Assembly (NCBI GenBank): GCA_973895155.1
Contig: OZ316891.1
Location: 30,387,112 to 30,451,111, forward strand
Length of the DNA: 64,000 nt
From: Marsupella aquatica
Lineage: Eukaryota > Plantae > Marchantiophyta
Reading direction: 5' to 3'
Part shown: piece by piece, positions 1 to 15,000 of the stretch
Numbering within the stretch: position 1 is the stretch's first letter
How the letters are laid out: each line of letters starts with the position of its first letter
Notes under the pieces: generated by a model
What the model was told of the DNA's origin: nothing
Seen by the model: only the letters and a program-made list of their open reading frames with translations
The model's database searches: none
Translations under genes and position numbers: made by a program

Positions 1-3000
1 AAATCCTTGAATCTTCCTCAACCCCTGGCTTTCGAGCACTGGATTTGATATAACTTAGAACCTGCACCCCAAACAGAACCAAGAATGGTTCACAACTTCA
101 GCGATGAAATCTGTAGATATGTAATATCATTAAATCATTTTCTAGCATTGTTCACTGTGTGAACCAAGAAAGCACTGTCAAACTCACATAGTCGATATTA
201 CCCCAGTTCTACACGACGCGAAGTCGGCACGCAGTTCATGCTGGTTAAGAGTTAGACATCAAAAGGAAGTACCAACCTCATTGAGCATTCGAGGGGCTTT
301 GCCAGCTTGTACGTTCTGGATACGACTCGCTTTAAGTAATTGGAGCTTCACAAGACCCTTTGTAGACTCGTAGTCTAACTTAACTTGGTTTTGAGACCCT
401 TGTCTAGCTGCAATGTACTCCTCCATATACTTCTGCAAATTTAGACACAGTCAAACTCCAGTTTTCGTTCCCTACTTGGCAATTGAGACATCTTCCGCAT
501 ACAGTCTAAACAGAAAAACGTTTCATAATGTGCACAGCTTGACGGAACAAACCTCAGCGACGCTGTATGCACCCTGCTTTATGTGACTGCTAGCTGCTTG
601 ACGGAAGATGTGGGCCCTCTCTTCGTCAAGCTTAGAGGCAAATGTTGTCTTGACATCATCTTTCGAGTTTAACTGCTTGTTGACCAGGCCTTGAAATTTA
701 TGGAAGAAAACCAGTCGATTTTGTACGATGTCTTCCCATACTTCCACATCGTCGTCTCTTGATGAAGGCCAACGATTTCTCCACTCTTGCAATTTCCTAT
801 TGCAAGAACACAACATCCAGTTTGTACAAGAACAGTTCATATTAATAATTCGGGACGAGAGAGTCCACATCTGCTCAAAGTCCAATTAAATCGTATCCTA
901 ATAAATTGAAGTACTTCAAGAGTAGAAATACTAATCAACCGAAACGGACTTGTGCTGTGTTTTGACGTTTTATTTTAGTACGAGGAGAAAACCATATTTG
1001 AGAGAGGAATATTCGAATGTCACTGCTATACAACCTCGGAATTTCCGCCAATTGTCGACTAGCCATAATGTCAGTAAATTCGTCCAATTCAGCCATCTTT
1101 TGGAGCTTTTGCAATTGTCGTCGCCTGGCTCCAACTGCCAGAGGGTGGAGCGCTGACCACTGCTTTCTGAAATGCCTGTAACAGTTTGAGAGGAGAAATC
1201 GAGAACGGTCCAGCTGGTCATTCACCACTGCCAATTGTGCCAGCTGTGAACCATAATGCTTCATAAGAACATCTCTCTTACCAGGCTCCTCCAAAGAAGA
1301 TTGGATGAAATCTGTTGCCATAGAACGATAGGTGGCCACTTTGACAGTCCCTCGCATAAACAAACCCAGATACGGCTCTTTCAAATTTGGATCCCAGAGC
1401 CTTCTGAGATCTGGATCTGACGATTCGTCTTCATCTTTTACCTGCTCCACTGTGTCTGCTAATATCAGATCCCACCTATTCAAGTCTGCTAGGCACACTA
1501 AGCGTTGATTATACCAGATGTCTTGCTCTATTTTAGAGACCCCTGCAAAATTATCGTCCATGAGCAAACAAGAATCAGTGAGCTATCTATGAAGAAGCTA
1601 ATCAGTTGATCAATGTAGCACCAGAAGGAAACAAGTCTATCAGCATTTCCTGCAACAGTGCACCACAAGTAACCCCGCCCAATATCCACAGGTGCATGTC
1701 CTCCTTGAAAAGCGACGGGCTAGATTCCCCGAAACCATAGCCAATTTCCACTAATTCCCGAAGATTACCGTTGTTGTGCTCTAATGATAATTAAAAGCTG
1801 AGGGTTTAATCTAGGGGAATAGCAAGGCAAGAAGCCGAGGTTGTTATACTGGGAAAGTGCGTCCGAACAGGATCAAACAGAGAACGGGATAATTCCAACA
1901 TTTCGCAGAAAATGTCCATGACAAACAAACCCCAAACCCAACTCCTAAACTCCCCGTGGGGGGCGGGGGAGTTGTTGCTGCTATCTAGGCAGCTTCCACA
2001 GCTCGTAGGGAATGCCTTAGTCTGGAGAACAGTACCAGGATTGTCGTCCGAAAGTGTATCTAGAGCCTGGTCATAGAGAACCAAACCCTCACTTGGGTCA
2101 CCTCCAAGTTGAGCTTCCAGTGCTTGGTGTGTAATCGGCTTCTTCGTCAGGTTCTTGCGATACAGAGAAAGCACGACATCATCCTCACCAAGTTCACTGT
2201 ATAAACGTGCAAGTTCCAACCACGCCTCTTCAAGATCTGTCTTCTCTCGTTTTGTTGGGATTCCAGCTGCACCCTTGTGGCGTTTACTGGTGGTGCCTGG
2301 AGATGGGCCGTCGTTTGCGTTCTCATGCAATATCTCCATTTCCAGAACTACAATACCCGAGTGGAAATTCGTTGACTTCAGACTGGCACTGCCGACTAGC
2401 TTTGGCTGGATCCAGATCTCGGAATCTTCCAAGCAAAGTGCCTCCAGGCAACCTACAAACGATATCCCGTTGCGGGTATTTTGCAAAGCCTTCTCAATTC
2501 CTTCCTTCATCGAAGATTTGATGTCGCCGTGCTTACTTTTCAGCGCAGCAGTGGGTTGAAGGGCATAAATTGCTCTGCAAATCAGAGTAAGGAGCAGCCT
2601 TGCAAACGTTGCATCGTTTTGAGCTAGAGCCGCCAATGGAGTCAAAATCTCTTCATTTTTTATTTCAATGTCAGGTAACTCTCCTGTCCATCCAGTAAAA
2701 ACATTCTCAGAGTTGTTCTAGATGCATTAAAAGGCATAAACGCAAATGGATAGCTTGCTTTCTGAATTGGTCATCGGGGAATATGGATCTGCCCAATATA
2801 GAAACGAGTTATGGTTCCCTTACCAATCCGATATCGCCTCATCATGTGCACCTTGTTTCCTCGCTCAGTCGCTTGTTGCTTCGCACGAGCATCTCGTCTA
2901 CGGTTAGCATTCATTACTCCTCGTATTATTTGCGATTTAGCTGCATTTGCGAGAATAAATCTTCGCCTCGGAACTGTAGAATCGTTGAGGGTCATTGAGT

Positions 3001-6000
3001 CCTGAGTTGTCGCCTCTCTCTGTGTTCTGGTAGGTCTCCTTGACATTGCAAACAAGGCACTCTCTTGACTTGCCTGCGTGGAGCTTGTCATTGTGTCCTG
3101 AGTTTGAGTCAAAGTTGATGCGAAAGTTGCCCGTATCATGTGTGCTTCTTTGGGGACTGTAGCACTTCCTTCTTGAGAGGAGACGACCACTTGTGAGAGA
3201 CTCTCTTGCGAGCCCTGAGGGACGTTTTGGGATTGAGAGAATAGAGGTGTCATTGGAAGGCTACTAACTGACCATGAAGTATTGATCGTATGCTCATGAA
3301 ACTCACAATCAGAGAGCGGTGCATTGAAAATTGGCCGCTTGAAGTCAATTGAATCTTCACAAAGCTGGCCAGATACGTAACAGGTTAGAATCAGAAAAAA
3401 CACAACCGACCTTGACTTTCGAGCCTGAAACTTGAGAGAGCAGTATTCAACAATGACATTATAATGATCGAAACTATACCTTAAGCAGCAACACATTGGT
3501 GAACTGTGCCCAATACTCTTCTACTGCTGGATCATACATTTCATTGATCATCTGGGTCAACCGGTGTCCCAAATCTTGGGACAAATGCACATGCCAGAAG
3601 TTTTGAATTCTCAGCCTGATAACATCTGCAGTATCAATCAGGCCAGCCAGTAATGACCGAACAATCAATCTATTTGTGTTCACACCCTCTCTCTCGTAAA
3701 CAGAGGTGAGGATATGATAGTATTGCTGTCGACAGTCCACACTCTCATGGGCTGGAAACGTTTCACAGAGAACTGGTATCACTCGTTCAGTTATCTTCGT
3801 GTCAGGCCCATCCTTGACCAACTCCATGAGGAGCTGCAAAGACTTAAGCTGAGCAACTTCATCTCGATAAGTCAAGAGTTTGTTCAAGGATGGGAGTAGC
3901 ATATTCAGGAAACTTGAAATACAGGCAGGATATCGTAAGAATACATCCAGCGCAATCGTTTTAAAAACTCCAGGCAGTTTGGGTAACATATCGATGAGCA
4001 CTGAGGCAAAGCCTTCAACATACTGGGGAAATCTGAGAGTAACTTTGTTCAGAATATTCAGAAAGCAATCGAGACTACTATCTCTGACAAAGTTGAGCAG
4101 ACATTGTTTCAGAGGAACCTCCAGGATCGCTTCATCTCTGGGAACTATAGAGTCTTGAGCCGTCTCCTTCCGTTGTTTTAATGCTATGCCCAGTAGTTCT
4201 CCTGATGCCTCGTAGACCTCTTTGCCCTTAAAACTCAGGTTTTGAAGCAACGCATGATATAACTCCTTTTCCGAAAAGTCATCTCTGAAAGGGTCATACA
4301 TAGGAAGTTCTGACACTACTATAGCCCCCAGCAACTGAAGCCCAACAATCCTCTGCATCCGTACCACACGGTCTGAACTACTAGCCGCTTTGCCCCCAGC
4401 ACAGAGATAGTTTAAAATGATTCGTTTCTCGAGCTGAAGATCCTCCTTCCAACTCCCGACAAACAGTCGTATGATGTCGACATTTCCACGAAGAACTTGA
4501 ACTGATCCATGAGCTGCTACTGACATCAAGTGATTGATAAAGGCAGATGCAACTCCTGCATCTGGAGGTCTGGCGATTTTCCATTGCAGAATTGTGATGC
4601 AAATATCTCTGAGCATATAATGGAAATTCATTCCCCCCGATTTTGCAGGATCTAGCAAGATAGTCTGGACCATAGGAACAAACCAACTTTGGCAGTATGG
4701 AATGAATACCTTCCAGGATTTTGTCAAAACCTTTGTAAGAAAGAGACGGACATTGATATGTGTGGCTGAATTTTGCATTGTTGAGTGAAGACCTCTCATC
4801 CACTCCGGCATGTCCCCGCGCCCTGCTCCAAACCGTGTGTGTAGGGTCTCAATCAACCTCAAGACCACCGGCATGCATGGATGTAGATCGAAGTCATCTT
4901 GGTCCAAGTCCATTCTATCTATTAGAGCTTCAGGCACAGTATCACTCTCTCTGAAAGAAAAAGGATCGACATAAGTTTCCTCAGCACTGCCAAAGTCAAC
5001 TTCAAGATTCAAACTCATTCGTATACTTGCCGTGTCACTCCTAGATTCAGATACTCCGCCACGGCTGACAAATGTGTTGATTAAGGCTGGCTCTTGGCTC
5101 AACCCAGCGCCAGCAAAGTACTGTGACGAAAGAGTATTTAGGCTTAAGCTCACATCCCCTTGTCGCCTGATTCTTGCCTTTTGCTTGGCTCTCATTTCCC
5201 TGATAGTTTGAGAGGCAAGTTGCAATTGGCTAGTCTCCACTGGAAAGCTGTTGTAAACCTTATCAGTGTCAAACAAATGTTGCCAGATCATCCCCGCGGG
5301 CCCTTCTTTGAACAGGACAGAGAAAATCCTTTCCTGCTCCTGAGTTCGTAATGCAATGGCCGCCAAACAGTTGTAGGCTGAGATATGCAACTCTCTCCAC
5401 AGAGTAGAATTCGTTGAAAATAGCTTCACAGGGTCATTTTTCGCTCGGGACTCGGCCATGGTTTGCTTCATCAACAAAGCATTAGAAACAAAAGGAGTAA
5501 TCTTCTCCTTGATGATTGGGGCATCAACTCTCAGAAAGAGTTGTTCTACTAGATAATAATGACAAATTTTGGACACCAGAGTCTCTTCTTCTTTGTCTGC
5601 GTCTGCAGTACTGGGTTGCTTTCCAAGGGTTTCGACATATGCTTCTATGCGACCAGAATACCAGGTAGCCACAAAATCCACCGGAGCCCCTTTCACCAGC
5701 GCAGAAAATACTTTTTCAATCACAGCTCGTTTCAATTGAGGAAGTTTAGTGTCATCGTTCAGTATTTGAATGCACAGATCAAAAGCCCCTTCTCTTTTCT
5801 TTCCGATGCTTTCAGCTAATTTGTCCAAAGTTTCTGATAACATTCTGACAGCGACCTTTGGAGGATGTAAGAGGAGAGGAAATATGACCTCTAAGAGAAT
5901 CAAGCTGCCACTCACTGACACAGAATCCAGAAGCCGACTCAGCATTTGAAGATAGCTGTTCCTCTGATGTGAGTTTCCATGCAAGTCAGTTTCTCGTATC

Positions 6001-9000
6001 AGCAGATGATCCGAAACCACCTTAGTTAAAGCACCTTCTATTCGAGACTGGAAATCTTGATCGAAACGGGGACCAAAAAAACAATGGACGAGCACAAGGG
6101 ATTGACTTTTGAGAGCAAAGCTAGCATCCCTCTGTGATGAGCTACTAGCGCTGCTTTCACCTGAATTATGAAAAGCACTCAGGAACGAAATGTAGGTATC
6201 TTCAAAGAATTGAAGGGCAGAATGATGTTGTTGAAGGAGGTCAAAGCTTGTGTCAAGAATCAGTAACTTATGAAAAATCTCCAACAAGAACTGTTTGTCA
6301 GCAAGGCCAGATGAAGATGTTGCACACGGCTGGAAAAGCATGAGATGTGATAACATCACTTCAAGAAAGCTTCCCAGTGACAAGTTCTTGCCATGTTCTA
6401 CAGATCCAATGTAGTCATCTAGCACAGCATTCAAAATCAGTCGGGCCGTTTGGTTTTTCAGAGCAGCATTTAGTAAAGTATCGCCACAGTCTTTGGAGGA
6501 GAACTTGACCTGACGAACAATTACTTTGCGAAAGTTCAGGTAGAAGACGCCACCAGTTGTAACTTTCCGAGCACTTGAGGATGGAGTGATGATTTTCTCA
6601 TCCAGGCAAACCTCGACTAGTTGTTGCGCCGTTACACCCAAAGCAATTGATAAGCTAAGCATCTCCGATGCAACTGATTCGAGTACAGGTGGACACTCAC
6701 GTCCAATTCCAACGAGTCTCATCAGTATATTCTCGCCCATTTTCTTTCCTTCCTCCTGACCAAGCACAGGAAGTAGCGAACCTGAAAGGTGAAGCTGTTG
6801 GTACCCCTTGAGAAGGCTGATTGCATCTTCAAGTCCAATGTCTCCACCATTTCGCAAGGTATCCAGACTGAGGTTCAGAGCACTTGGGTCGTACTCTTGT
6901 TTGTTTTCGTGGAACATAGCCTGTAGTCTCCTGGTCAATCCCAATTTGAAACCCTCGGAGACAACTGTCAACATCTGCATCACACCCAATGCAAGTCTCG
7001 CTAGCTCTTCTGACTGCTGCAGATCTGTCATGACAAAACCCAGATCTCTTGGGCGCAATAACGCAAGGCACATAACTTCATGAAATTTGGGTTCACTAGC
7101 AGGAATCAGGTCCCCAAGAACACCTGTATTTACCGCTTCTTTGCTGACATCTCGTGAAAGAAATACACCTTTATTGAGGAATCCGAATTCACTGTCAAGA
7201 ATCTGCTTCATGAAACCAAGAAAATGGATGGTCGCTGAGCATTTTAATTTTTGGTGTGCTTCTCGTTGTCCCGGAGTCACTGCACTCCACTGGGAACTTG
7301 ATTCGGATACTCTAATGATCCCTTGAAGAAACGTCTTCACCATTAGACTAAGTCTGACATTCATCTGTAGCTCTTGCACAGTAACCAGTTTGTCTTTCAA
7401 GGCCCATGTAAACCAGTGGAATGACCGCACAAAGAGTGACAAGTGATGATCGGCTTCATCCAGAGAATTCTCCATGTTCTCAGATAAATTATCCACTTCA
7501 AAACCAAATGCGTCTATGCGATCGAGAATCACGGTACTTCGCATTGATCCTGAACGAAACCATCCTGCCAAAGACCCAGCTGCTGGAGCACATCCCAAAC
7601 ATTGGGTCAGAAGGAATATGTCGGGTAAGAATGAGTAATTGGTAAAAGGCAATGTTCACTTTTTGCAGTGCAAATGACTAAAATTTAGGTTCGGTGTTAA
7701 TTTTCAACTCGCAGTTGTTGCTAAAGCACATGCGCTCTGCAAGAACTTTGCGAGACCACTATCCAGGCCCATCGAGACTTTGAAATTTCTAAGATATCTA
7801 TTCTAGATGATAAGTATGATGCAAGTCCCGTTGAAAAGCATAACTTACTAACCTGGTAGAGACCGGCATATGAAACTCAAAGCACTCATACACTTCGACC
7901 TGCACTTTTCTTGAAGTTGCCATGTCTGCTCTAGCAGCCACTCCAAGAAGTTTTCCAGTGTCAAGAACACTGGTCTGTCTTTCCTCGCGCATTGGAGTGC
8001 ACTGATGTTACGCTCCACCAGCTTCAGATAATTATCCAGAGTTTTGCTCAGCTGCTTGACAGTGCCTGCCGGTCCAAGGCCAACCGTCATTCATGGCGAA
8101 GAAGAAAATTCTCATCCATTGCCCTCACAATCATCTCTTGCTCGAGTCCCACGTTAGAATTGTTTGGAAAAATGTGGTATTAACTGAGGTGCGAATTTAA
8201 GAAAGTACAAGATTTTCATGGTTTACACACACCTACGGAGTGCTTCATACAGATTTACTGAAGTCATATGTAAAAAAACATATTTACATGTAATTTACAT
8301 CTGACACTAAATACGTTTACTTTACACGTAATATCATAGCTTCGCATAATGTTTCACATAGGTCTACATGAATGTTGGCCAATAGGGTTTGGTCTTCACA
8401 CATGCGGATTCAACAGCGTAGCGGCCTTGCCGTGTGTCAACTGGGACTTAGCGAAGGCAAATTATTGACCCCGAGAAACAAGAAGCTACAGAAATGTATT
8501 GCAGGTCGTGAGTTCCAAGCTACTAGCCCTGCTCTGCACGTCCTGATGTGCCTATACAATGGAGCCGGACTTAAGGGGTAGGGTGTGGACCAGTACCGAT
8601 TTGGTTGTCGTCGCCTTCAGCAAGTCGCAGACTTTTGATACAGAAAAATATCATCTCAAATATATAGCGGTCTACTATGCTTGGAGTTCCCCTCAAGACT
8701 GGATAGATACGATATGCCGCCATTGATGCCCCTAGCCTCTTGTATGGATTTGGATGATCCATACGGTTGTAGAGTCGCCGGAGAATAGATTTCACATTCA
8801 CAAAATCGTTGGTCTGCATGTTGGGCAAACAGGGGAGGATCTATGCTCAGTTGAAGTGACTTGAATGAAATGGAATGGAATGGAAGCTTGAAGTCCGCAA
8901 ATCCCACATGGGATATAGGAACAAGGTAGGGAAAGTACAAATAAAACAACAAGACAAACAGTAGAGAACATACACAATGAGAAGCTAAACTGAGATTTCA

Positions 9001-12000
9001 ATCTCATCCAATATAGAAACCAGTGCATTTTAAAAGTGATCCACATACTATAAATCATTCGTTCGTTAGCTTGAGCTCAATAATTACCTCAGGGGGCGCA
9101 TGCCGGACAGACCATGACATGAACTCTCCAAAGCAAGCAGCACAGAATTCTCTGCAGACCCATTGCATTGATATTACGAGTTTGATTCTGACAACGGCAG
9201 AGTGACAGAGAATGACCAAAAATAAAAGCTACAAACCATTCCAAGGGACACTAACGCTGATCTGAGATAACGATTGCATTTTATTACAACGACGACAGTA
9301 AGCAACGACAAAACGAATTATGGAAATGTCAGATGACAGCTTAAGAAAACACGACTTCATAGCTGTGCGGAGGCAATCGACGAGATGTGGTCTGAACACC
9401 TGAGGGATCCATTCTCAGCATCCACAAGTCCATCGAGGATTGCATCAAGAAGTGCGACAGTTTCAGGGTTTTCTTTTTGCTGATTGCTAGTGTACCAATG
9501 TATCAGCTGTTTTGCAAATTCATTGAACAGTTGACGGGTAACCTATCAAAACAACAGATCATTCCAAAGATTAAAGGCATTGCAAAAACGAATTGGAGCT
9601 CAGAGCGAGAATACTTTTACCCCACCAGTTACTGTTATATACAGCCGGAGTTGCATCTAAAGTGCATGACTGTTCAATATTATACATTCACCTCTCTGGT
9701 TTGATGAATAAGACAGAAGCCTTACCATTTCAACGTCCACAGCCAGACGAAGAATAGCAGGGAACAACCTCTTGTAGATCTTGTCCAGACGAACCTGAGC
9801 TTACAAAGTAGAGCACAACAGATCGGAGTCAGAAGATATCGATAGAATTGCTCTCTGTTGGCCCTAATCAGATAGTTGACCCATCAAAGAAAAAAGATTG
9901 CAAATGAGTCGAAATAAGGGTTCACTGGGATCCATGCGAAGAAGGGACAATTTGAAAACTACTGATAGAGAAGAGCTCGGTACACCAAAGAAAAGTGAAC
10001 CAGCCTACGTCATCCAATTTTAGTGAAAAATGAACATACTGAGTGGGAGTTTTCGTTTTTCCGCCGCACTGGACCTTTGGCTGAATTTCCGAGCATAATC
10101 AAGCATAAGGCTTGCAGAAGTTCACTTGCTGTAACTTTTGTTCTACGGTCGCTTGATGACAGTGCCAACTCAACCACCCTCGGCAGCAGGGAGTCTGCGG
10201 AACATTTATCTTGAGAAAATCCCAACTTTGAATCTACCCAGAAATATCTAGTTTCGATCTAAGGAGGAAGGACTCAGCACAAGTATCTGACTCATCTGCT
10301 GCTGCCCTCTCTCCAAGCTATCTAAAGGGAAGAAGCGCCCCATTTCAGAGCCCATCCTGTGCACGCGGACATCCTTAAGACGCATCATTTGTCTGTCAAA
10401 AGCATCCTTTTCTTGCTGCCAAGGTGTGTCAAGCAGCTCTGTCTCAGGCGTTTGAGTAAACCTCAGTGATGAGTGCGTAAGAATGAGAAAGAATTGCTTT
10501 TCATTAGTCATATCATTCAGAGTGATGTGCTTTGCAGCACTTGTATGGTGCTATTGGCAAATTCTTTGAGTACAATTCACCTGAGTGATCACATTAGAGA
10601 AAGGTGGAATCTTCAAGGAATGAAAAAGTTCACTAGAACTGGAGTAGATCACTAAGGCATCATGGCTTGATTCATAAAAGTCCACCTGTAGTTCTTCAGA
10701 AACCAGACTAACACAAACACTACGTACAGTCAAAACTTTCAACTTGAACGTATCCAGCACTGCCTACGCTTCCTTTCCAGCTCTCTCAGGACTGTCGAAT
10801 AGCTCTCGACCAGCCTACAACAAGAATAAGGCACGTCTACCATAGCCTGCAAATGAATCACTGAGAGGTCATGCGACAGTATTTGCAGAGAAAACGAGAG
10901 GAGAAACTTACCAAGCCACACGTCATACTTCTCATCCCTGAATGGAATTGTGAATTGGACACGATCAACTGAGTCCCAAGCTAAGCCTCCAGAGCCAACA
11001 ACTTGCAACAGATTTACTTCAGGAACAAGGTGGTGATTGAAATGCCCAATTTTTCCAAGAAACTTTTGCACTCTCAGTTGAATGACTTCGAAGGGTCCCG
11101 GCTGCAAAGCAGAAAAGAGAAGTATGGACAACAACAAAATTTATTTAGTAGATCTGGGCGAGAAATTGTTCCAAGTTAAAGAACTTTGCATCTCATGTTT
11201 GTTATGCCAATCCCCTAATCAGGGCCATGGACGGGATATACAAGAAACTCACTATGGAAATGCTTTGACTTAAAACTTTTCTAAACGCAAGTGAGCATAT
11301 ATCCTACCCTGAATCTCTCTCTCGACGATTAGACTAATAGTGCCCTTCTGCTGCTAAGATTTGAAACGGACTATTCCAGGTTTAAGATTATTATCGTTTA
11401 TATCACCTGATTTTCTTTTGCTCGAGTTTGCCTCAAGCGAGCCAGTTGTGACCGAGATAAATTTCTTGAAATTGCAACTCCCCCAGCGCTGTTGCTGGAT
11501 TCAGCAGGCTGATCAACTGAGGGTAGGGCATCAGAGACTTCAATGCTTTCTATTTCAGCCAGGTAGTCACTTAGGGACGGAACAATATCTGAAAGCGACA
11601 GTTCCAGTTTTCGTGGATAGAGCCGATGCCAGCGTTCCAAACCATCCATGGCGACTGATGCCAGTGGTGGGTATGTGATATATTGTTAAGAACACAAATC
11701 TGAAGGACATAAATCGGAACGTTGACGTTGGCAAAGCATGAACAAAATAATGAACTTAACTAAGAGATACTCACATGTAATAAGCGAATTAATGCATTAT
11801 AATGATTGTAACTGTCTAGCCTTCTGAAAGGCACAGAAGAGCAGATACGTTCACCACATACAATTGGAAGTAGGGATCAGACAGAATGATCACTCCCTGG
11901 ATAGATAGAAAATGAGGATATCTTAAGCCGATCTTCAGGGCAGTTTGCATCGGCATCACCAATGAACCAATATCAATCAAAGCTGGAGGAGCAGATAGGC

Positions 12001-15000
12001 AAAGTTGCAGACATGATACCAATAGCTCAAGCTTGTACCGCCTACTAGCAACTAGAACCTCGTGAAGATATTGCCGAAATAGAAGCTTGCACAATATTTG
12101 TTGCTCAGAAGGTAACCTCGATACATTTCCTGCTGTGCTCGTCGGGCCGATAAGAAAGTCCCAATCCTGTACAGCCAACTAACGTTTGTAGCCAATTACA
12201 AATGGAACTCACAGTGTAGAATTGAAGGGCTACTGACACGTTCCTTTTCTCTGGCTCTTGCTTAGCTTGCTTCATATTCTCATCGCTGACATCCTGGATG
12301 TTTCTATCCAATTTCAATTGGGCATCTGTGCATTACAATCATTCATGTCCCCAGTTTTGTATTGTGGACCTGAAGTCAATCCAATCACTCTTTCCTCTCG
12401 GGAGTCTCCGCGTTGTCACACGGAAGGCAGCCCAGACGCAAAACAACAAACTGGATTCATTTCCTCCAAGTTTGCCAAATTTGGCAATGCATTGATTCAG
12501 CATCGAAACCATTTTTTATGCACCTTATGTCTAGCCATGTATAAATGATGATTTTCTTAAAGGAAATCTATAGGGGCATGGTCAGTTATTACCTCTTCCA
12601 CTTGCATATTATTACTATAACAATCTGAAGAGGAACTCCCTCCCGAATATTCAAAGAAGCCCTGAGCATCAGCATTTCTAATTGTAACTGATAACAACTT
12701 GTAGTGTCCACTGATTAATGGATATTGGTTTGACAGCTCCATGATAAAGGAACCAAACGGATACACCCATTTCAGGAACAGAAGCGCATATGGGCTGGCA
12801 AGGCAGACCAGAGTAAATTAGTCAGATTCACTGGAAAATATAGTTTTGATTCAAAGTATGACCACAGTTTAAGAATATAACTGTCAAAGCTAGTAGCAAC
12901 TCAAACGTAAGCTGACTCACAACTAATCCATTGAATGAGTCCCAAACATCAACTTTCGAGTGAAAACCATTATGTGATCCGGACATGATCATCTTACCGT
13001 GCAATATCACACTCTTAAGAGACGACATGCACCGGGAAAAACTTCAACAAATAGATTACAACAGAGCCAGAAGTCCTACCGTGAAAGAAAATCTTGTATA
13101 AACTCCACCTGCACAATTCAAACGCCGGGAAATGAGTCATAACAATTTCACTGTGCTCTGGTAAACATATAGAAGATACAAGCTTTCAATGATCTGGATC
13201 ATACATTTCGAACTCGAATAAGAAGGCCAAGGAACAGAAAGTACAAAGTAACACAACGGCAACAAGTATGACAAGACATGCAAATAGAAAGATATACAGG
13301 AAGAAAAAGCCACCTTGACAAAGGTATGTCAGACTCTAAAGAATCTGCCAGTCACAGCTGCTTGGATTTTATAAAAATGCCCAGAGTTTTCAGCCGCTGA
13401 TTAATTATTTTCATGACTTTTGCAGTCCCGACTAGCTGACCTCATGACAAGAAAGAATTACGAGGTTATTTGTTTTGAAGGCTTTATTTTATTCGATTGG
13501 ATAGGGTCTGTCTATCTCTAATCGGCACTCCAAAATCCAGATATCCAACATCTATCTTACAGGTTTATGATAGAGTAGCAGGAGCAATTCGACTTAAGCC
13601 TTTGGCACTCCAAAGTCCAGATATCCAACATCTGTCTTACAGGTTTATGATACAGTAGCAGGAGCAATTCGACTTAAACCTACACTCCATTTCCATGTTG
13701 GGATTCCCGTGCATGGGACGAGTATCTAACATTGCTAGGCCTATCTCAACTGATGGCAAAGCTGTCTAGAAGAAAGCAGTCGTACGGTAGTCAATTGGCA
13801 CAGGTCAATAATTTCTAACGAGAAACGGAAGTAAGGTTAAATATATTCTACAAGTTGAGCTACCAGTTTCGACAGTCATGGTTCGTACATACCAGATTCA
13901 AGTACTTGTGCATGTCCACAACGTTCAATGGTTCAATCATATCCATCTCTGTTTCCGGTTCCATAGCTGCAGCCTCTGCATCATCTGAAGGAATCGAAGC
14001 AGGTCTGCACATGTTCAATAATAACACACAATGCAGCCTATAGACTCACACAACTGAACCTTGGATTCCTTGCCCATTGAATGATCACATTCAAGTTTCT
14101 GAAGACAAAACACCCCCTCCGCAAAGTTGGTACAGTCTGCTTCACAGCATTTCGGGGGTTCAAAGACCGGTTCAAAGGTTTTGCCTCTTGAAATAAAGGA
14201 GATGCAGGCATATATCATTGCAGATAACATGAGAAATTTTCAGTCATTATGCTATAGCTTAGATGTAGGGATTGCCGGCTATTTTGGGGGCTAAAATGAG
14301 AAGTGAGGGCTGAAGGTTCCAATGACATAAAGTCTGGTTATTAATTGCCGTGAGCTGAATGTCAATCTGAAAGAAAGAGAAAGGAGATGGCTTTGCACAG
14401 GAGTGCAGTCACCTATTTTCCTAAAGTTCAGGAGCTATTATTTCGTAGAAAGATTAAAAGAAGCAACCATCCAAAAGCTTTCCATTCTGGGAACATGAAG
14501 ATATGGGTGCATCGATCTACCTAACACTTGCAAACTGAGCGAACAAGAAGATTTTGTTTGTTGAGGAATACAAGCCATTACGAGCTTTCAATGAGCAGCC
14601 AATAATACTGTGACAGTCCTGCAGTCAGCCAGTTTGGGCATTTAAGCTTACAGAGAGGAGTCTTAACGCATACCTTGCAATACGCCTGAAGTAGAGGGTA
14701 TTTGCTTGTCAGTTGCTCTTACTCTGTACTTCAGGTTCAGTTCTGTTAATGTCTTCATAATGCATCGAACAATAGTATCAAATATGAACTCTTGAAGCTG
14801 GTGTAGGTCTATCTTTAGCTCCTCACCCTCTGGGCCTGCAAATACTTCTGAGCACGCATCATCTTTTTCATGTACAATAACACCCCATGAAGGCACTAGG
14901 GTAGAGAAGTCAAGAATCTGTGACCACAATTCTGAATACTGTGGCCAAAGTAACAACCCTGGCCCTCCGGAAGATTCAGTAGATTCCATTGTCCTCTCCA

